A DNA stretch of 64,000 nt, taken from contig JAQURD010000008.1 of NCBI GenBank assembly GCA_028749115.1, positions 1,218 through 65,217 on the forward strand. The letters are read 5' to 3'. The position numbers and the translations under genes are program-made. Source of the stretch: Acidobacteriota bacterium (GTDB lineage: Bacteria; Acidobacteriota; Aminicenantia; Aminicenantales; Saccharicenantaceae). The notes under the pieces were generated by a model, which made no database searches, was not told where the DNA came from, and saw nothing but the letters and a program-made list of their open reading frames with translations. Positions 49,459-60,294 of this stretch are shown in pieces (within the stretch, counting starts at the first letter, position 1; every line of letters begins with the position of its first letter).

Positions 49459-50847
49459 TTATATTTCTTCCATTCTGATGGTGAAATGCCTTAGCTGAGG
49501 TGATTCGCGGACAATTCTCATCCCCCGGACTTCATCACGATTTTCATAAAGCCTGATGATAGCTTCAGCCACATATTCAATTTGAGCACTGGTATAGACC
49601 CGCCGGGGTATAGCCAGGCGGACCAGCTCCAGTTTGGGGAAAATCTCACGGCCGGTTTTTGCATCTTTTTTAGCAAACATGATGGCACCAATTTCTGAGG
49701 TTCTGATACCAGCTTGCCGGTAGAGAGCAACAGTTAAAGCCCAGCCCGGATATTGATGCCGCGGAATATGCGGTAAAAACCGGTCGGCCAGAAGGTAGAT
49801 GGCATGACCACCAAAAGGCTTAAGCACTGGCACACCTGCCTGGTCGAGCAGTTGCCCGAGATAAGCCACCTGACTGACCCGGTAATCAAGATAATCCTCT
49901 TCAAGCACTTCTTCCAGTCCGCGGGCGATAGCTTCCAGATCACGACCCGCCAATCCTCCATAGGTTGGAAAGCCTTCACCCAAAATTAATAAATTTTTTA
50001 CCTTCTCTGCCAGTTTATCATCATCAAGGGTGACAAAACCGCCGATATTAACGAGGGCATCCTTTTTGGCGCTCATGGTCGCCCCCTGCCCATAGGAGAA
50101 AATTTCCTGGGCGATGTCGAGAATACTTTTGCCTTCATAGCCTTTCTCGCGTTTCTTGATAAAATAGGCATTTTCAGCAAAACGGCAGGCATCGAAGAAA
50201 AGCGGAATCCTGTGCTGCTTACAGATCTGACTGACTTCTCTAATATTTCTAAGTGAAACCGGCTGGCCACCACCGCTATTATTGGTAATGGTTAGCATGG
50301 CCAGTGGGATTTTTCCCGTCCCTTTTTTTTCAATAAACTTTTTTAGCCGGGAAGTATCCATATCTCCCTTAAACGGATAGTCAGAATCCGGGTTATAGGC
50401 TTCATCTATGACCAGATCAACGGCAGCCGCTCCCCTGGCTTCAACATTAGCCCTGGTCGTATCAAAATGATTATTGCTCGGGACATAGTCTCCTTTTTTG
50501 ACCATAGCTCCAAACAAAATTCTTTCGGCCGCCCTTCCCTGATGGGCAGGAATGACATGTTTAAAGCAGAAGATGTTTTTCACGGCTGCTTCCAGATGAT
50601 AAAAGCTCCTGGCTCCAGCGTATGATTCATCACCGACCATCAGTCCGGCCCATTGATGATCACTCATGGCTGATGTCCCGGAATCAGTCAGAAGATCAAT
50701 TAAGACTTTTTCCGCCGGAATGTTGAAGACATTAAAGCCTGATTCCTTAAGGACATTTTCCCTTTCCCGCCGGCTGACGGGCTTAATCCTTTCCACTGAT
50801 TTAATGCGAAAAGGCTCAAGCGGTGGCTTTGGACTTTTTATATTCAT
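49459..50847 (-). CDS. tnaA: Tryptophanase
   Basis: IDLLTDSGT, SAKKD (PLP Lys), GFPTYGGL; C-terminal LRHFT (His as in tryptophanases, whereas tyrosine phenol-lyase has LRFFT). Confidence 0.88.
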   Translation of the reverse strand: MNIKSPKPPLEPFRIKSVERIKPVSRRERENVLKESGFNVFNIPAEKVLIDLLTDSGTSAMSDHQWAGLMVGDESYAGARSFYHLEAAVKNIFCFKHVIPAHQGRAAERILFGAMVKKGDYVPSNNHFDTTRANVEARGAAAVDLVIDEAYNPDSDYPFKGDMDTSRLKKFIEKKGTGKIPLAMLTITNNSGGGQPVSLRNIREVSQICKQHRIPLFFDACRFAENAYFIKKREKGYEGKSILDIAQEIFSYGQGATMSAKKDALVNIGGFVTLDDDKLAEKVKNLLILGEGFPTYGGLAGRDLEAIARGLEEVLEEDYLDYRVSQVAYLGQLLDQAGVPVLKPFGGHAIYLLADRFLPHIPRHQYPGWALTVALYRQAGIRTSEIGAIMFAKKDAKTGREIFPKLELVRLAIPRRVYTSAQIEYVAEAIIRLYENRDEVRGMRIVRESPQLRHFTIRMEEI

Positions 50848-50913
50848 TTTTTCTTCTCCCTGAACAATTTATTTTCAATCTCGCAGCAACAAGATCTTAT
50901 TATATTTTGCCCT

Positions 50914-51813
50914 TTAAAAAGAAACAATTTTTTTAAAATCCTGATATCTTTTGATCAGGTCAGAGGGCGAGGCTTGCAATAAGCCAGCCAGGCCAAAATC
51001 TTCAATGGCTAAGGAAGCTACCAGGTTACCATAAACTGCTGCTTTTTTAATCTCACGGCGGTTAAACTCCCCGCGGCTGGCCAAATAACCCAGAAAAGCA
51101 CCAGCAAAAGCATCACCGGCTCCGGTTGGATCGACCACATTATCGCAGGGATTAGCTACTACACTAAAAACAAATTTCTCGCCAAAAACCATAGCTCCAT
51201 GTTCGCCCTTTTTAACAATTATTAGCCTGGGTCCGGAGGATTGAAGTTTCCTTCCAGCCCGGACAAGATTAAATTCACTGCTTAAAAGACGCGCCTCTTC
51301 ATCATTGGCGAATAGAATGTCTACTTTTTGTATTGCTTCAAAAAGAGCCTCAGGATTAGTTTCAATCCAGTAGCGAATGGTATCCATCGCCACCAGTTTG
51401 ACTTTTTTCATTTGAGACAGAATATCATCGTGGCTTTCAGGGTCAAGATTGGAAAGAAAAACAATTTCAGCCCGCCGGTAAGGCTCAGGCACGACGGGCT
51501 GGAAATCCTGCCAGACGTTGAGATCGGTCTTAAGGGTTGTCCGCTGGTTTGGATCAGTAGCATATAACCCATGCCAGGCGAGCGTTTTTCCTCTTTTTAT
51601 CTTGAGCCCTATCAGATCGATGTTCCTGGCACTGAGAAGAGCCAGGATTTCTCGCGGAAAATCCTGTCCAGCCACCGATACCAGGCCTGGCCTGGTAAAG
51701 AAACTGGCTGCAACGGAAGCATAAGTGCCGGAGCCTCCCGGAATCCGGTCTCGCCGGCCAGCCGGTGTTTCAATTGTATCAAAAGCCACTGAGCCAACTA
51801 TGACCAGATTCAA
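50914..51813 (-). CDS. PfkB family carbohydrate/nucleoside kinase
   Basis: GGSG, NDEE, DPTGAGDAFAG. Confidence 0.92.
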   Translation of the reverse strand: MNLVIVGSVAFDTIETPAGRRDRIPGGSGTYASVAASFFTRPGLVSVAGQDFPREILALLSARNIDLIGLKIKRGKTLAWHGLYATDPNQRTTLKTDLNVWQDFQPVVPEPYRRAEIVFLSNLDPESHDDILSQMKKVKLVAMDTIRYWIETNPEALFEAIQKVDILFANDEEARLLSSEFNLVRAGRKLQSSGPRLIIVKKGEHGAMVFGEKFVFSVVANPCDNVVDPTGAGDAFAGAFLGYLASRGEFNRREIKKAAVYGNLVASLAIEDFGLAGLLQASPSDLIKRYQDFKKIVSF

Positions 51814-51825
51814 ATAAGACCTCGT

Positions 51826-52704
51826 TTACAGGTATTTACCAATCAATGGCCGCAAATTTTTCACTGTTTCACGGTTTCTGGCATCAGGAGCAGTAATGAT
51901 GGTATTTTTAAGACCTTCCTGGCAATCACAGGTTTCGCCCTCTAATTGATTGATGGACGCCAGGGCCTTCTTAATGATATTTTTAGCATTAGAAATATTC
52001 GCCTCGAGATTGGCTAAGACCAGTTCCACCGTCACTGTCTCTTCCTGACTCTTCCAGACATCATAATCAGTTACCAGGTTCATGGTGACATAGCACATTT
52101 CAGCTTCACGGGCCAGACGGGCCTCAGTCGCCGCCGTCATGCCGATGACATCAGCTCCAAACTGCCGGTAAACTTTTGATTCAGCCTTAGTCGAAAAGGC
52201 CGGGCCTTCTATGCAGACATAAGTGCCGGCTGGATGGGCCGACAGGCCAAGGTCCCGGGCAATGTGATAAACATGTTTGGAAAGAACCGGGCAGACAGGA
52301 TGGGCCAGACTGATGTGGGCTACCAGTCCCTGCCCAAAAAAAGTATTTGGACGATGTGTCCGGTCAATAAACTGGTCAGCCAGAACAATATCCCTGGGTC
52401 TTATTTCCTCCTTCAGGGAACCGACAGAATTAACTGAAATAACTCTCTTTACTCCAAGAAGCTTGAAGCCATAAAAATTCGCCCGGTAATTAACTTCGGC
52501 TGGCAGAAAACGATGCCCGCGTCCGTGGCGGCTTAAAAAAGCGACCATAACTCCTTCCAGCTCTCCGACAATATAACTGTCAGACGGCTGGCCAAAAGGA
52601 GTTTTTAAAGAAATTTCCCGGGCCTGCCGCAGGCCATCAATTTGATAAAGACCCGTCCCGCCTAAAATTCCGATGCCAACTACCGGTAATTCTTTTTTAT
52701 TCAT
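51826..52704 (-). CDS. mtnP: S-methyl-5'-thioadenosine phosphorylase
   Basis: GILGGTG, TPFGQPS, FLSRHGRGH, IEGPAFST, VTDYD. Confidence 0.93.
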   Translation of the reverse strand: MNKKELPVVGIGILGGTGLYQIDGLRQAREISLKTPFGQPSDSYIVGELEGVMVAFLSRHGRGHRFLPAEVNYRANFYGFKLLGVKRVISVNSVGSLKEEIRPRDIVLADQFIDRTHRPNTFFGQGLVAHISLAHPVCPVLSKHVYHIARDLGLSAHPAGTYVCIEGPAFSTKAESKVYRQFGADVIGMTAATEARLAREAEMCYVTMNLVTDYDVWKSQEETVTVELVLANLEANISNAKNIIKKALASINQLEGETCDCQEGLKNTIITAPDARNRETVKNLRPLIGKYL

Positions 52705-52822
52705 TTTTAAAGTACCTCATAAAGTCAATCTATACTATTTATATCTCCCGTTAGTCAAGACACTTTGATTTTTTTGCCTGAAAAAGCTATGCTGATATCA
52801 ATATTTAAGGCTAAATAAAATT

Positions 52823-53989
52823 ATGAAATATATTTATTTTGACTGTTCAAGCGGTGCCAGTGGCGATATGATTCTGGCTGCCCTTCTTTCCTTAGGAGTC
52901 CCGCTCAAGAAATTTAAAGAAGCCATCAAAGGCTTGAAGCTGCCAGTTGAAATCAGGGTTTCCAGTAGCAAATCGCTGGGTTTTAGAGGAACAGCAGTTA
53001 AAGTAATAACTGCTGGCAGTTCTCCTGTTAGAAATTTTAAAGAAGTTTCCAGGATTATCAAACAATCAAAATTTAAGCCGGCCGTCAAAGAGAAAGCCAT
53101 TAAGGTTTTCCTGAAGCTTTTTCAAGCTGAAAGCCGGGTTCATGGCACAAGTTTTGACTGTACTCACCTCCATGAAGCGACGGCCGATGACGCTCTGGTT
53201 GACATTGCCGGCAGTTGCTGGCTGCTCGATGAGCTCGAAGCTAACCAGGTTTATTTTTCTCCAGTTAACCTGGGCAGTGGCTTTATCAAGACGAATCATG
53301 GCCTCTTGCCCGTGCCGGCCCCGGCCGTGGCTGAACTGATGATTGGATATCCTGTCTATAGCACCGGCGATCAGACTGAGCTGCTGACTCCAACCGGAGC
53401 TGCCATTCTGACCGCTCTTGGCAAGTGCTGGCCTGAGAAACCGCAATTAGTTTATGACCGCCTGAGTTATGGACTTGGTCACAAAAAGCTTGAATTAATG
53501 CCAAATGTTCTCCGTGCTTTCTATGGTGAAATGGACTCATTAAAATTGGCGCCAGCTGTCTTTCAGATCGAAGCCACTATTGATGATGCTTCTCCCCAGC
53601 TTCTTGGCCATTTTATGAATAAAGCTCTTGACCTGGGAGCCCTGGAATCTTACCTGACACCTGCTGTTATGAAAAAAAACCGCCTGGGAAGTAAATTAAC
53701 TGTCCTGGTTGAGGCTGATAAAATAGAAAAGCTGATCGAAGCTATTTTCAGGGAAACAACAACTATTGGCGTCAGGTATTTCCCTGTCGCCAGGCGGGTT
53801 TTGCGGAGAGAAACAACTGAAATCAGGCTCGGCTCTCAAAAAATCAGAATAAAACAGGCCTTCCTTGGAAAGGAAATTATAAATATTCAACCTGAATATG
53901 AGGATTGCCGCCGGGCAGCAGAAGCTCTGAACATGTCACTAAAGGAAGTCATCCACCTGTCTCTAAAAAAATTCAAAAAAAGAGGTTAA
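52823..53989 (+). CDS. larC: Nickel pincer cofactor biosynthesis protein LarC
   Basis: [34 protein letters not shown]. Confidence 0.92.
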   Translation: MKYIYFDCSSGASGDMILAALLSLGVPLKKFKEAIKGLKLPVEIRVSSSKSLGFRGTAVKVITAGSSPVRNFKEVSRIIKQSKFKPAVKEKAIKVFLKLFQAESRVHGTSFDCTHLHEATADDALVDIAGSCWLLDELEANQVYFSPVNLGSGFIKTNHGLLPVPAPAVAELMIGYPVYSTGDQTELLTPTGAAILTALGKCWPEKPQLVYDRLSYGLGHKKLELMPNVLRAFYGEMDSLKLAPAVFQIEATIDDASPQLLGHFMNKALDLGALESYLTPAVMKKNRLGSKLTVLVEADKIEKLIEAIFRETTTIGVRYFPVARRVLRRETTEIRLGSQKIRIKQAFLGKEIINIQPEYEDCRRAAEALNMSLKEVIHLSLKKFKKRG

Positions 53990-53990
53990 A

Positions 53991-54608
53991 ATGGCAGCTA
54001 ACAAAATAAATAAGCCAGGGAAAAATATGGACCAGAAAAAAATAGAAGAGGCTGTTTATCAGTTGCTGGAAGGCATCGGTGAGGATCCAGAAAGGTCAGG
54101 CCTCAAGGGAACACCTGGCCGGGTGGCCAGAATGCTGGACGATATTCTGGGCGGCATCAAAACTGATCCAGCTGAAGATTTAGAGGTATTCCAGGACGAA
54201 AAGCACGATGAGATGGTCCTCATCAGGAATATCCCCCTTTACTCTGTGTGTGAACATCACCTTTTACCCTTCGCCGGTGTGGCTCATATAGCTTATATCC
54301 CGAAGGAAGGAAGAATTGTCGGCCTGAGCAAGATTGCCCGGCTGGTTGATACTCTGGCCAGAAGGCTGCAGGTGCAGGAAAGACTAACCAAGCAAATCGC
54401 CGACACGCTTAACGCCACTCTTAATCCCCTGGGAGTCATGGTGGTTATCGAAGCCGAACATCTCTGCATGTCAATGAGAGGCATAAAAAAGCCCAAAGCT
54501 ATAACTGTGACTTCAGCAGTCCGGGGTTCATTCCGCAATAATCCGGCCACCCGGACGGAAGCCATGATGCTCATAAGAGGAGGCCTGCCCGGTGGAAGAG
54601 AAAGCTAA
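53991..54608 (+). CDS. folE: GTP cyclohydrolase I
   Basis: [30 protein letters not shown]; alternative start at 54027. Confidence 0.96.
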   Translation: MAANKINKPGKNMDQKKIEEAVYQLLEGIGEDPERSGLKGTPGRVARMLDDILGGIKTDPAEDLEVFQDEKHDEMVLIRNIPLYSVCEHHLLPFAGVAHIAYIPKEGRIVGLSKIARLVDTLARRLQVQERLTKQIADTLNATLNPLGVMVVIEAEHLCMSMRGIKKPKAITVTSAVRGSFRNNPATRTEAMMLIRGGLPGGRES

Positions 54609-56550
54609 GAAGACCTTCTATGTGACCACACCTATTTATTACGTTAACGATGTGCCTCATATCGGTCATGCTTATACGACGATTATTGCTGATGCAATGG
54701 CCCGTTATCAACGTCTGAAGGGAAAAAAGGTCTTTTTTCTGACCGGCACGGATGAACATGGTCAGAAAATAGAAAAAAGTGCAGTGGAAAAAGGCTTAAC
54801 TCCGCAGGAACTGGCCGATCAGGTGGTAGTCAGGTTTAAAGATTTGTGGCAAAGGCTGAATATTTCCTATGATTATTTCATCAGAACAACAGAAAAATTT
54901 CATCAGGAAGGTGTGCAGAAAATATTTAAAAAGCTGATGGCTCAGGGTGACATTTATAAAGGCAGCTATCAGGGCTGGTACTGCGTTTCTGAAGAAAATT
55001 TTTTATCAGAAGATGTGCCACTCGAGCCTGAAGGTTATAAGCTCTGTCCTGATTGCGGCCGCCAGGCTGTTCTTCTAGAGGAAGAAAGCTACTTTTTCCG
55101 CCTGTCGGCTTATCAACAGGCTTTGCTGGATTTCTATCAATCTCATCCGCATTTTGTCCGGCCGGCCAGCCGGATGAATGAGGTAGTCAGTTTTGTCCGG
55201 CAAGGGCTGAAAGACTTAAGTATTACCAGAACTTCTGTCACCTGGGGAATACCCGTCCCGGGCGATCCCAGGCATACAATTTATGTCTGGTTTGACGCCC
55301 TTCATAACTATGTCACTGCTATCGGCTATGACTGGAATCCGGAACTTTTTGCCACCTTCTGGCCGGCGGATATCCATCTGATCGGGAAAGATATTCTCCG
55401 CTTTCATGCTATCTTCTGGCCGGCTTTTCTCATGGCAGCTGGTTTTGAACTGCCGGCGACAGTTTATAGCCACGGCTGGTGGCTCAAAGATGAAGCCAAG
55501 ATGTCCAAATCTAAGGGCAATGTTCTTGACCCATATTTTATTCTGGATAAAGCCGGCACCGATGCCTTGCGCTATTTTCTGCTGAGAGAAATACCTATTG
55601 GCCTGGACGGCAGCTTCTCGCACGAGGGATTTGTTCACCGGATAAATTCAGATCTGGCCAATGACCTGGGGAATCTTGTTCAAAGAACTTTAACTATGGC
55701 TGTCAATTACTTTGAAGGACAGCTGCCGCCTCCAGCTGAAGAAAATGATGCAGACAGGGAACTGGCCAGGCAGTTTGATGAAACAAAGACTAGAGTCTAT
55801 GAGTTTTATGATGACCGGTCCCTGAACCGGGCGCTCGAGGAGATCTGGTTTTTCCTCAGTCTAACCAACAAGTACCTGGCTGACCATGAACCCTGGAAAC
55901 TGGCCAGCCTGCCCGAAAAAAGAGAGCGGCTGGCCAGAGTCATTTATCAGGCTCTTTGTGCCATCAGAGGAGCCAGCTATCTTCTTTATCCGGTAATGCC
56001 CGGGACTTCGGAAAAAATCTGGGAATTGCTCGGTGAAGCCAGACAGCCTTCCAGCCTGCTGACTTCTGGGCTTGACTTTTATGATTATCAACGTGGCGAA
56101 AATATTAGCCGGGCAAAAGCCATTTTCCCCCGGATTGACCTCAATGAATTTATCAGCGAGACAGAGAAAAAGACTGGAGTTAAAACCTGTCCGGCCGGAG
56201 AGATGAAGGCGAAGGAGAAAAAAATGGAATATATTACCTACGAAGAATTTAAAAAGATGGATTTGAGAGTAGCTAAGGTTATAGCGGCCGAAAGAGTAGA
56301 GGGAACAAAAAAACTTTTGAAATTGCAGATTGACCTCGGGACTGAACAAAGGCAAATTATTGCTGGTGTAGCTGAGACTTATTCACCTGAAGATTTACTG
56401 AATAAAGAGTTTATTGTTATTGCTAACCTCCAGCCGGCTGTTATCCGGGGGATTGAATCTCAGGGGATGCTGCTGGCAGCCGAGATTGAGAACCTGGCTA
56501 TTATTCCTTTTTTTGACCGGGAAATTCCACCCGGGACAAAAGTCAAATAG
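54592..56550 (+). CDS. metG: Methionine--tRNA ligase with C-terminal tRNA-binding domain
   Basis: [17 protein letters not shown]-terminal DLRVAKV...SQGMLLAA. Confidence 0.97.
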   Translation: MEEKAKKTFYVTTPIYYVNDVPHIGHAYTTIIADAMARYQRLKGKKVFFLTGTDEHGQKIEKSAVEKGLTPQELADQVVVRFKDLWQRLNISYDYFIRTTEKFHQEGVQKIFKKLMAQGDIYKGSYQGWYCVSEENFLSEDVPLEPEGYKLCPDCGRQAVLLEEESYFFRLSAYQQALLDFYQSHPHFVRPASRMNEVVSFVRQGLKDLSITRTSVTWGIPVPGDPRHTIYVWFDALHNYVTAIGYDWNPELFATFWPADIHLIGKDILRFHAIFWPAFLMAAGFELPATVYSHGWWLKDEAKMSKSKGNVLDPYFILDKAGTDALRYFLLREIPIGLDGSFSHEGFVHRINSDLANDLGNLVQRTLTMAVNYFEGQLPPPAEENDADRELARQFDETKTRVYEFYDDRSLNRALEEIWFFLSLTNKYLADHEPWKLASLPEKRERLARVIYQALCAIRGASYLLYPVMPGTSEKIWELLGEARQPSSLLTSGLDFYDYQRGENISRAKAIFPRIDLNEFISETEKKTGVKTCPAGEMKAKEKKMEYITYEEFKKMDLRVAKVIAAERVEGTKKLLKLQIDLGTEQRQIIAGVAETYSPEDLLNKEFIVIANLQPAVIRGIESQGMLLAAEIENLAIIPFFDREIPPGTKVK

Positions 56551-56568
56551 AATTAAACAGCTAGGAAA

Positions 56569-57210
56569 TCAGTCTTCATAGAGAACTGGCCAGATTTCTT
56601 CGAAGGGGATTTTACCTTCCCTCTGGCCGACAGGCTTAGAACCAGTCAAGTCAATGATAGTGGAAGGTTTTTCGCCAGGGGTCTGACCACCATCAATAAA
56701 AAATGGCAACCGGTCAGCAAAAACACGGAAAACCTCATCAAATGAAGATAAAGGCTGGTAGCCGCTGGCGTTGGCACTGGTCGAAATTAATAGAGCACCA
56801 GCTTTTTTAATCAACTGTCTGAGCCAGTCAGGCGAGGGCACACGAACAGCAATGGTTTGCTCTGGCCCATGGAAACTCTGAGGCAAAAGTCCACTTCTGG
56901 CTTTAAGCACCAGTGTCAGAGGTCCTGGCCAGAAGGCCCTGGCCAGCTGGAAAAAAGAGACAGGCGGCTCCTGTATCGAAGACAGCACCATCTCCAGATC
57001 AGAGGCACAAAAAGGCAGAGGCTTGCCTTCGTGCCGGCCTTTTAACTGAAAAATCTTCTGATAAACATCAGGAAAAATAGCAAGACCTCCCAGTCCGTAG
57101 AATGTTTCGGTCGGGAAAATCAGTAGTTCTTTCTGGTTCAGAATACGGGCTAAAAACTCCAGATCTTCATTTTTCAGCCCGCCATCAATCAATTGAAATA
57201 TTTCTGCCAA
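56569..57210 (-). CDS. tsaC: L-threonylcarbamoyladenylate synthase (YrdC/Sua5 domain)
   Basis: PTETFYGL, KGR..KP, WPGPLT, STSAN, PSTIID. Confidence 0.93.
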   Translation of the reverse strand: MAEIFQLIDGGLKNEDLEFLARILNQKELLIFPTETFYGLGGLAIFPDVYQKIFQLKGRHEGKPLPFCASDLEMVLSSIQEPPVSFFQLARAFWPGPLTLVLKARSGLLPQSFHGPEQTIAVRVPSPDWLRQLIKKAGALLISTSANASGYQPLSSFDEVFRVFADRLPFFIDGGQTPGEKPSTIIDLTGSKPVGQREGKIPFEEIWPVLYED

Positions 57211-57394
57211 GCTTTCACCTCGTCAGGGCTTAACTTCCAGGAAATTGCTTATTTGATTTAAGATAACCCAGGTTCAGTCCAGTTTCAAGCAGGGAAAATG
57301 GTCAGATGTCGCCAAAAAGTAACAATCTGGCTTTAAATAACTGCTATTCTGGCTGGCATAAAACTTGCTATAATACAGCGGTGAGGAGGTAAAA

Positions 57395-58162
57395 ATGAAA
57401 AAGAAAGCAGTTATCTTTTTGATTGGTCTGATGTTGATTCCGGTTGTAGCTTCTGCCGGCATTTTCACTTTCAGGTATAGCTACTTTGTCCCCAGGATGA
57501 GCGGCGGGGAAAACAGTCTGTGGAATATCGAATTCGAGAATACGAACTTGAAGAAGTCAGATTATCAGTCCGGCATGTTTGGCCTTGCTTATGAATACTT
57601 TCTTAACCGTAACTTCAGCCTGGTCTTTTCACTGGATTTTTACAGCCGGGACAGAACCGGTTATTACCGGGACTGGTCTATGTATGCGGTAGATGACATG
57701 GATTTTGCTTTCCCTTATAGCCAGTTTCCCGGTGGCGATGATATTATTCATTCTTTTAAGGTTTCTCAAACTCCTCTACAGTTATCCTTGAAGGTTACCC
57801 CTCTCGGCCGGCAGGTGCGATTTGTTCCCTATTTTGGTGGCGGTGTGGGAATCTATTTCTGGTCGGTTAAACTCGCCGGAGATATGATAGATTTTTCAGA
57901 TCCTTATATTTATACCGATCCCGAACTGGGAGAGATAACCGTTTATCCTGTTTATTATACTTATGCCAGCGAATCAAAGCGCATTTCTATTGGTCCCAAT
58001 GTCTTTGCCGGGGTGATGATTCCTTTAGGTAAGCAGGTAACTCTTGATCTCAATTTCCGCTATCAATTTTTAAAACCCGCGTTTAATGATGCTTTTGTAG
58101 GTTTTGAAAGTTTTGATTTGAGCGGTTATTCTCTGGTCGCCGGGATTAATTACTGGTTTTGA
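57395..58162 (+). CDS. Outer-membrane beta-barrel protein
   Basis: SD GAGGAGG; signal peptide; PYFGGGVG strand; C-terminal GINYWF. Confidence 0.8.
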   Translation: MKKKAVIFLIGLMLIPVVASAGIFTFRYSYFVPRMSGGENSLWNIEFENTNLKKSDYQSGMFGLAYEYFLNRNFSLVFSLDFYSRDRTGYYRDWSMYAVDDMDFAFPYSQFPGGDDIIHSFKVSQTPLQLSLKVTPLGRQVRFVPYFGGGVGIYFWSVKLAGDMIDFSDPYIYTDPELGEITVYPVYYTYASESKRISIGPNVFAGVMIPLGKQVTLDLNFRYQFLKPAFNDAFVGFESFDLSGYSLVAGINYWF

Positions 58163-58193
58163 TAGCCAAGCTCTCCATTTCCACTATCTATCA

Positions 58194-58229
58194 GCCGGGT
58201 CCTGCTTCTGCCGGGCCCGGTCTTTCTTT
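58194..58229 (+). terminator. Putative intrinsic terminator
   Basis: CCGGGTCC/GGGCCCGG stem followed by TCTTTCTTT, between convergent genes. Confidence 0.5.
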
Positions 58230-58246
58230 ATACCAGGCCAGAAAAA

Positions 58247-59086
58247 CTAAACGCCCAATGATTTAATCATTTCCTCGTAATATTCAGCCTGGCTGATCTG
58301 GCCTCTTTTTCTGAAGCCATTGGCCAGAATCGTAGATTTCCGCTTAATTTCCTTTTTAATCAGTAAAGCAGCATCTTCATCGACGCCTGAGTTTAGAGCC
58401 TTCCACAGAGCCTTAACCCGCCACCGGTCATTTCCCCAGTATTTCCTGGATAGTTGATCGGCATGTCCTCCCCTTTTAATGATCAGAGGAGAAGATAAAT
58501 AATAATAAGGATAACGCAACGCAATTCTAATTCCCAGGTCATAATCCTCCGCCACCGGGAGGGCCTCATCAAAAGTGCCAATGTCTTCAAATAGCTGCCG
58601 CCTGAAAACCGCCGACGACAGGCTCAAAAGACAGAGAGATAATGTTTTCTCCAGGATAAAGCCTGAAGATTTCTGGTGTTTTCTGGCTTGATTGACTCTC
58701 TTCCCCCGCCTGATCCAGATTTCTTCGGCCAGACAGAAAGGAGCAGAAGGAAAAACCCCAAGATAGTTCATCTGTACTTCCATTTTGGACGGCAGCCAGA
58801 GGTCATCTGAGTCTAAAAAAGCAATAAATTCACCACGGGCCAGAGCCAGGCCCCGGTTACGGGCCGGACTCACTCCCCGGTGGGTCTGATGATCATAGTG
58901 GAGATTAGGCACAGTTTGAAGATATCCGGCGAGGAAAGACTCTGTCTGATCCGTAGAACCATCATCAATAATCAGAAGCTCCCAGTCTTGAGGATTTTTA
59001 ATAAAATAAGTCTGAGCCAGAACAGAATCAATGGCTTCAGCTAAAAATTGCTGGCGATTATAGGTGACAATAATGGCACTGACCAT
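58247..59086 (-). CDS. Glycosyltransferase family 2
   Basis: IIVTYNR, IDDGSTD, ARNRG, FLDSDD, EDYD. Confidence 0.93.
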   Translation of the reverse strand: MVSAIIVTYNRQQFLAEAIDSVLAQTYFIKNPQDWELLIIDDGSTDQTESFLAGYLQTVPNLHYDHQTHRGVSPARNRGLALARGEFIAFLDSDDLWLPSKMEVQMNYLGVFPSAPFCLAEEIWIRRGKRVNQARKHQKSSGFILEKTLSLCLLSLSSAVFRRQLFEDIGTFDEALPVAEDYDLGIRIALRYPYYYLSSPLIIKRGGHADQLSRKYWGNDRWRVKALWKALNSGVDEDAALLIKKEIKRKSTILANGFRKRGQISQAEYYEEMIKSLGV

Positions 59087-59104
59087 AGGTCCTGGAAGAA
59101 ATCC

Positions 59105-60070
59105 TCAGTGAGCCTTTTCTTTTCTTATTGAGTCAGATTTATCAAGAGTAAAGGGCAGCATTCCCCAGGCTGAATCAGCCGTTATCTCTGCTCTGAGGTT
59201 AAAAGGAACCAATTCTTTTTCCAGATTGTCCCGCAGTTCTCTGCCCATCTCAAAAAAATCAAGCATGAGGGGGAGGCTGAAAGTCTTAAGCCCGCCCGGC
59301 TCGAGAGCTTTATCGCCTGCTATTTCGCCCTGATAAATTAAATGGTCAGCCAGCCGGAGTTCAAGCCCGATGGTTTGAATCAATAAATCATAGGAATTCT
59401 GGTTTTTTAGCTGAAAGCTAAAGACAAACTCAGCGCCTCCCAGAGTTAAATCTTTAACATTCAAGGGAAGAAAGGTCAGGACTGGCAATTTAAATAGAGG
59501 GAATTCCATGGCAAAAGTAAATGGCACTTTTTCGATCCTGTTCTTTTCATTTCTGAAAAACATTTCCCCCGAGGCGAAACAGGTGGCCTGTTTCTGTCCT
59601 TCACTTAGAACTCCTGGCAGGTACTGGTAACTGATTTTCACCGGAAAATGGAGCCTGGCTGTTTGCCTGGAACTAATAGTCATCTCTTCATTGAGAGCTA
59701 CCTGCTGTTCGAAAAAATTATGACTGTTGATGGCCACTCCGTAGAAGTAAGAAACCAGTACATAATTTTTATCGGAATTATTCTTGATAGAAGGATAAAA
59801 GGATAAAGTCAGTCCTTCCGGGCTGACTTCAGTTATTTTTTTATCCTCTAGACTAATGACCAGATTCCTGGAAGCAGGAGTTGCCGAAGATCCGGCACTA
59901 AAAATGACAACCAGGCAGACAGTCAGGATGGCCCTGGTCAGAGATACAAATTTTTTATTTCTCATTCTGGTAGCCACTTCTCTAAAAAGTTTAAAATACC
60001 TCAAAAAATGATTATTTACAAGTTGACCAAAATTTCTTCTGGATATTTTCGAACGATTAGTTATACTCAT
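59105..60070 (-). CDS. Tandem LEA_2 (WHy)-domain envelope protein
   Basis: N-terminal TM/signal; two domains each with N-x-N/S-x-Y-D/K pattern. Confidence 0.65.
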   Translation of the reverse strand: MSITNRSKISRRNFGQLVNNHFLRYFKLFREVATRMRNKKFVSLTRAILTVCLVVIFSAGSSATPASRNLVISLEDKKITEVSPEGLTLSFYPSIKNNSDKNYVLVSYFYGVAINSHNFFEQQVALNEEMTISSRQTARLHFPVKISYQYLPGVLSEGQKQATCFASGEMFFRNEKNRIEKVPFTFAMEFPLFKLPVLTFLPLNVKDLTLGGAEFVFSFQLKNQNSYDLLIQTIGLELRLADHLIYQGEIAGDKALEPGGLKTFSLPLMLDFFEMGRELRDNLEKELVPFNLRAEITADSAWGMLPFTLDKSDSIRKEKAH

Positions 60071-60294
60071 AAAAAGACTTAAAGAAGTAAGGAGGCAGTG
60101 ATAAGGCTAATAGACGGTCTGGCTGACAATGTGGTCAAATGGACAGTTGATCATCAGATAGAACGTAAGCTCACCAGTTTGAGCAAGACTCAACGATCAG
60201 AAGCTCAAAAAAGAAGGAAAGCCGCCTCCTCCTCCTGCCTGCCAGATAGGCCCGGGTCTTCCCAGCTGCTAAAAAATCAGTAAAATAGGCTTTG

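Noticed and set aside
50848-50913. TnaC-like leader upstream of tnaA
   Set aside because: The 66-nt gap has no Trp-containing uORF.
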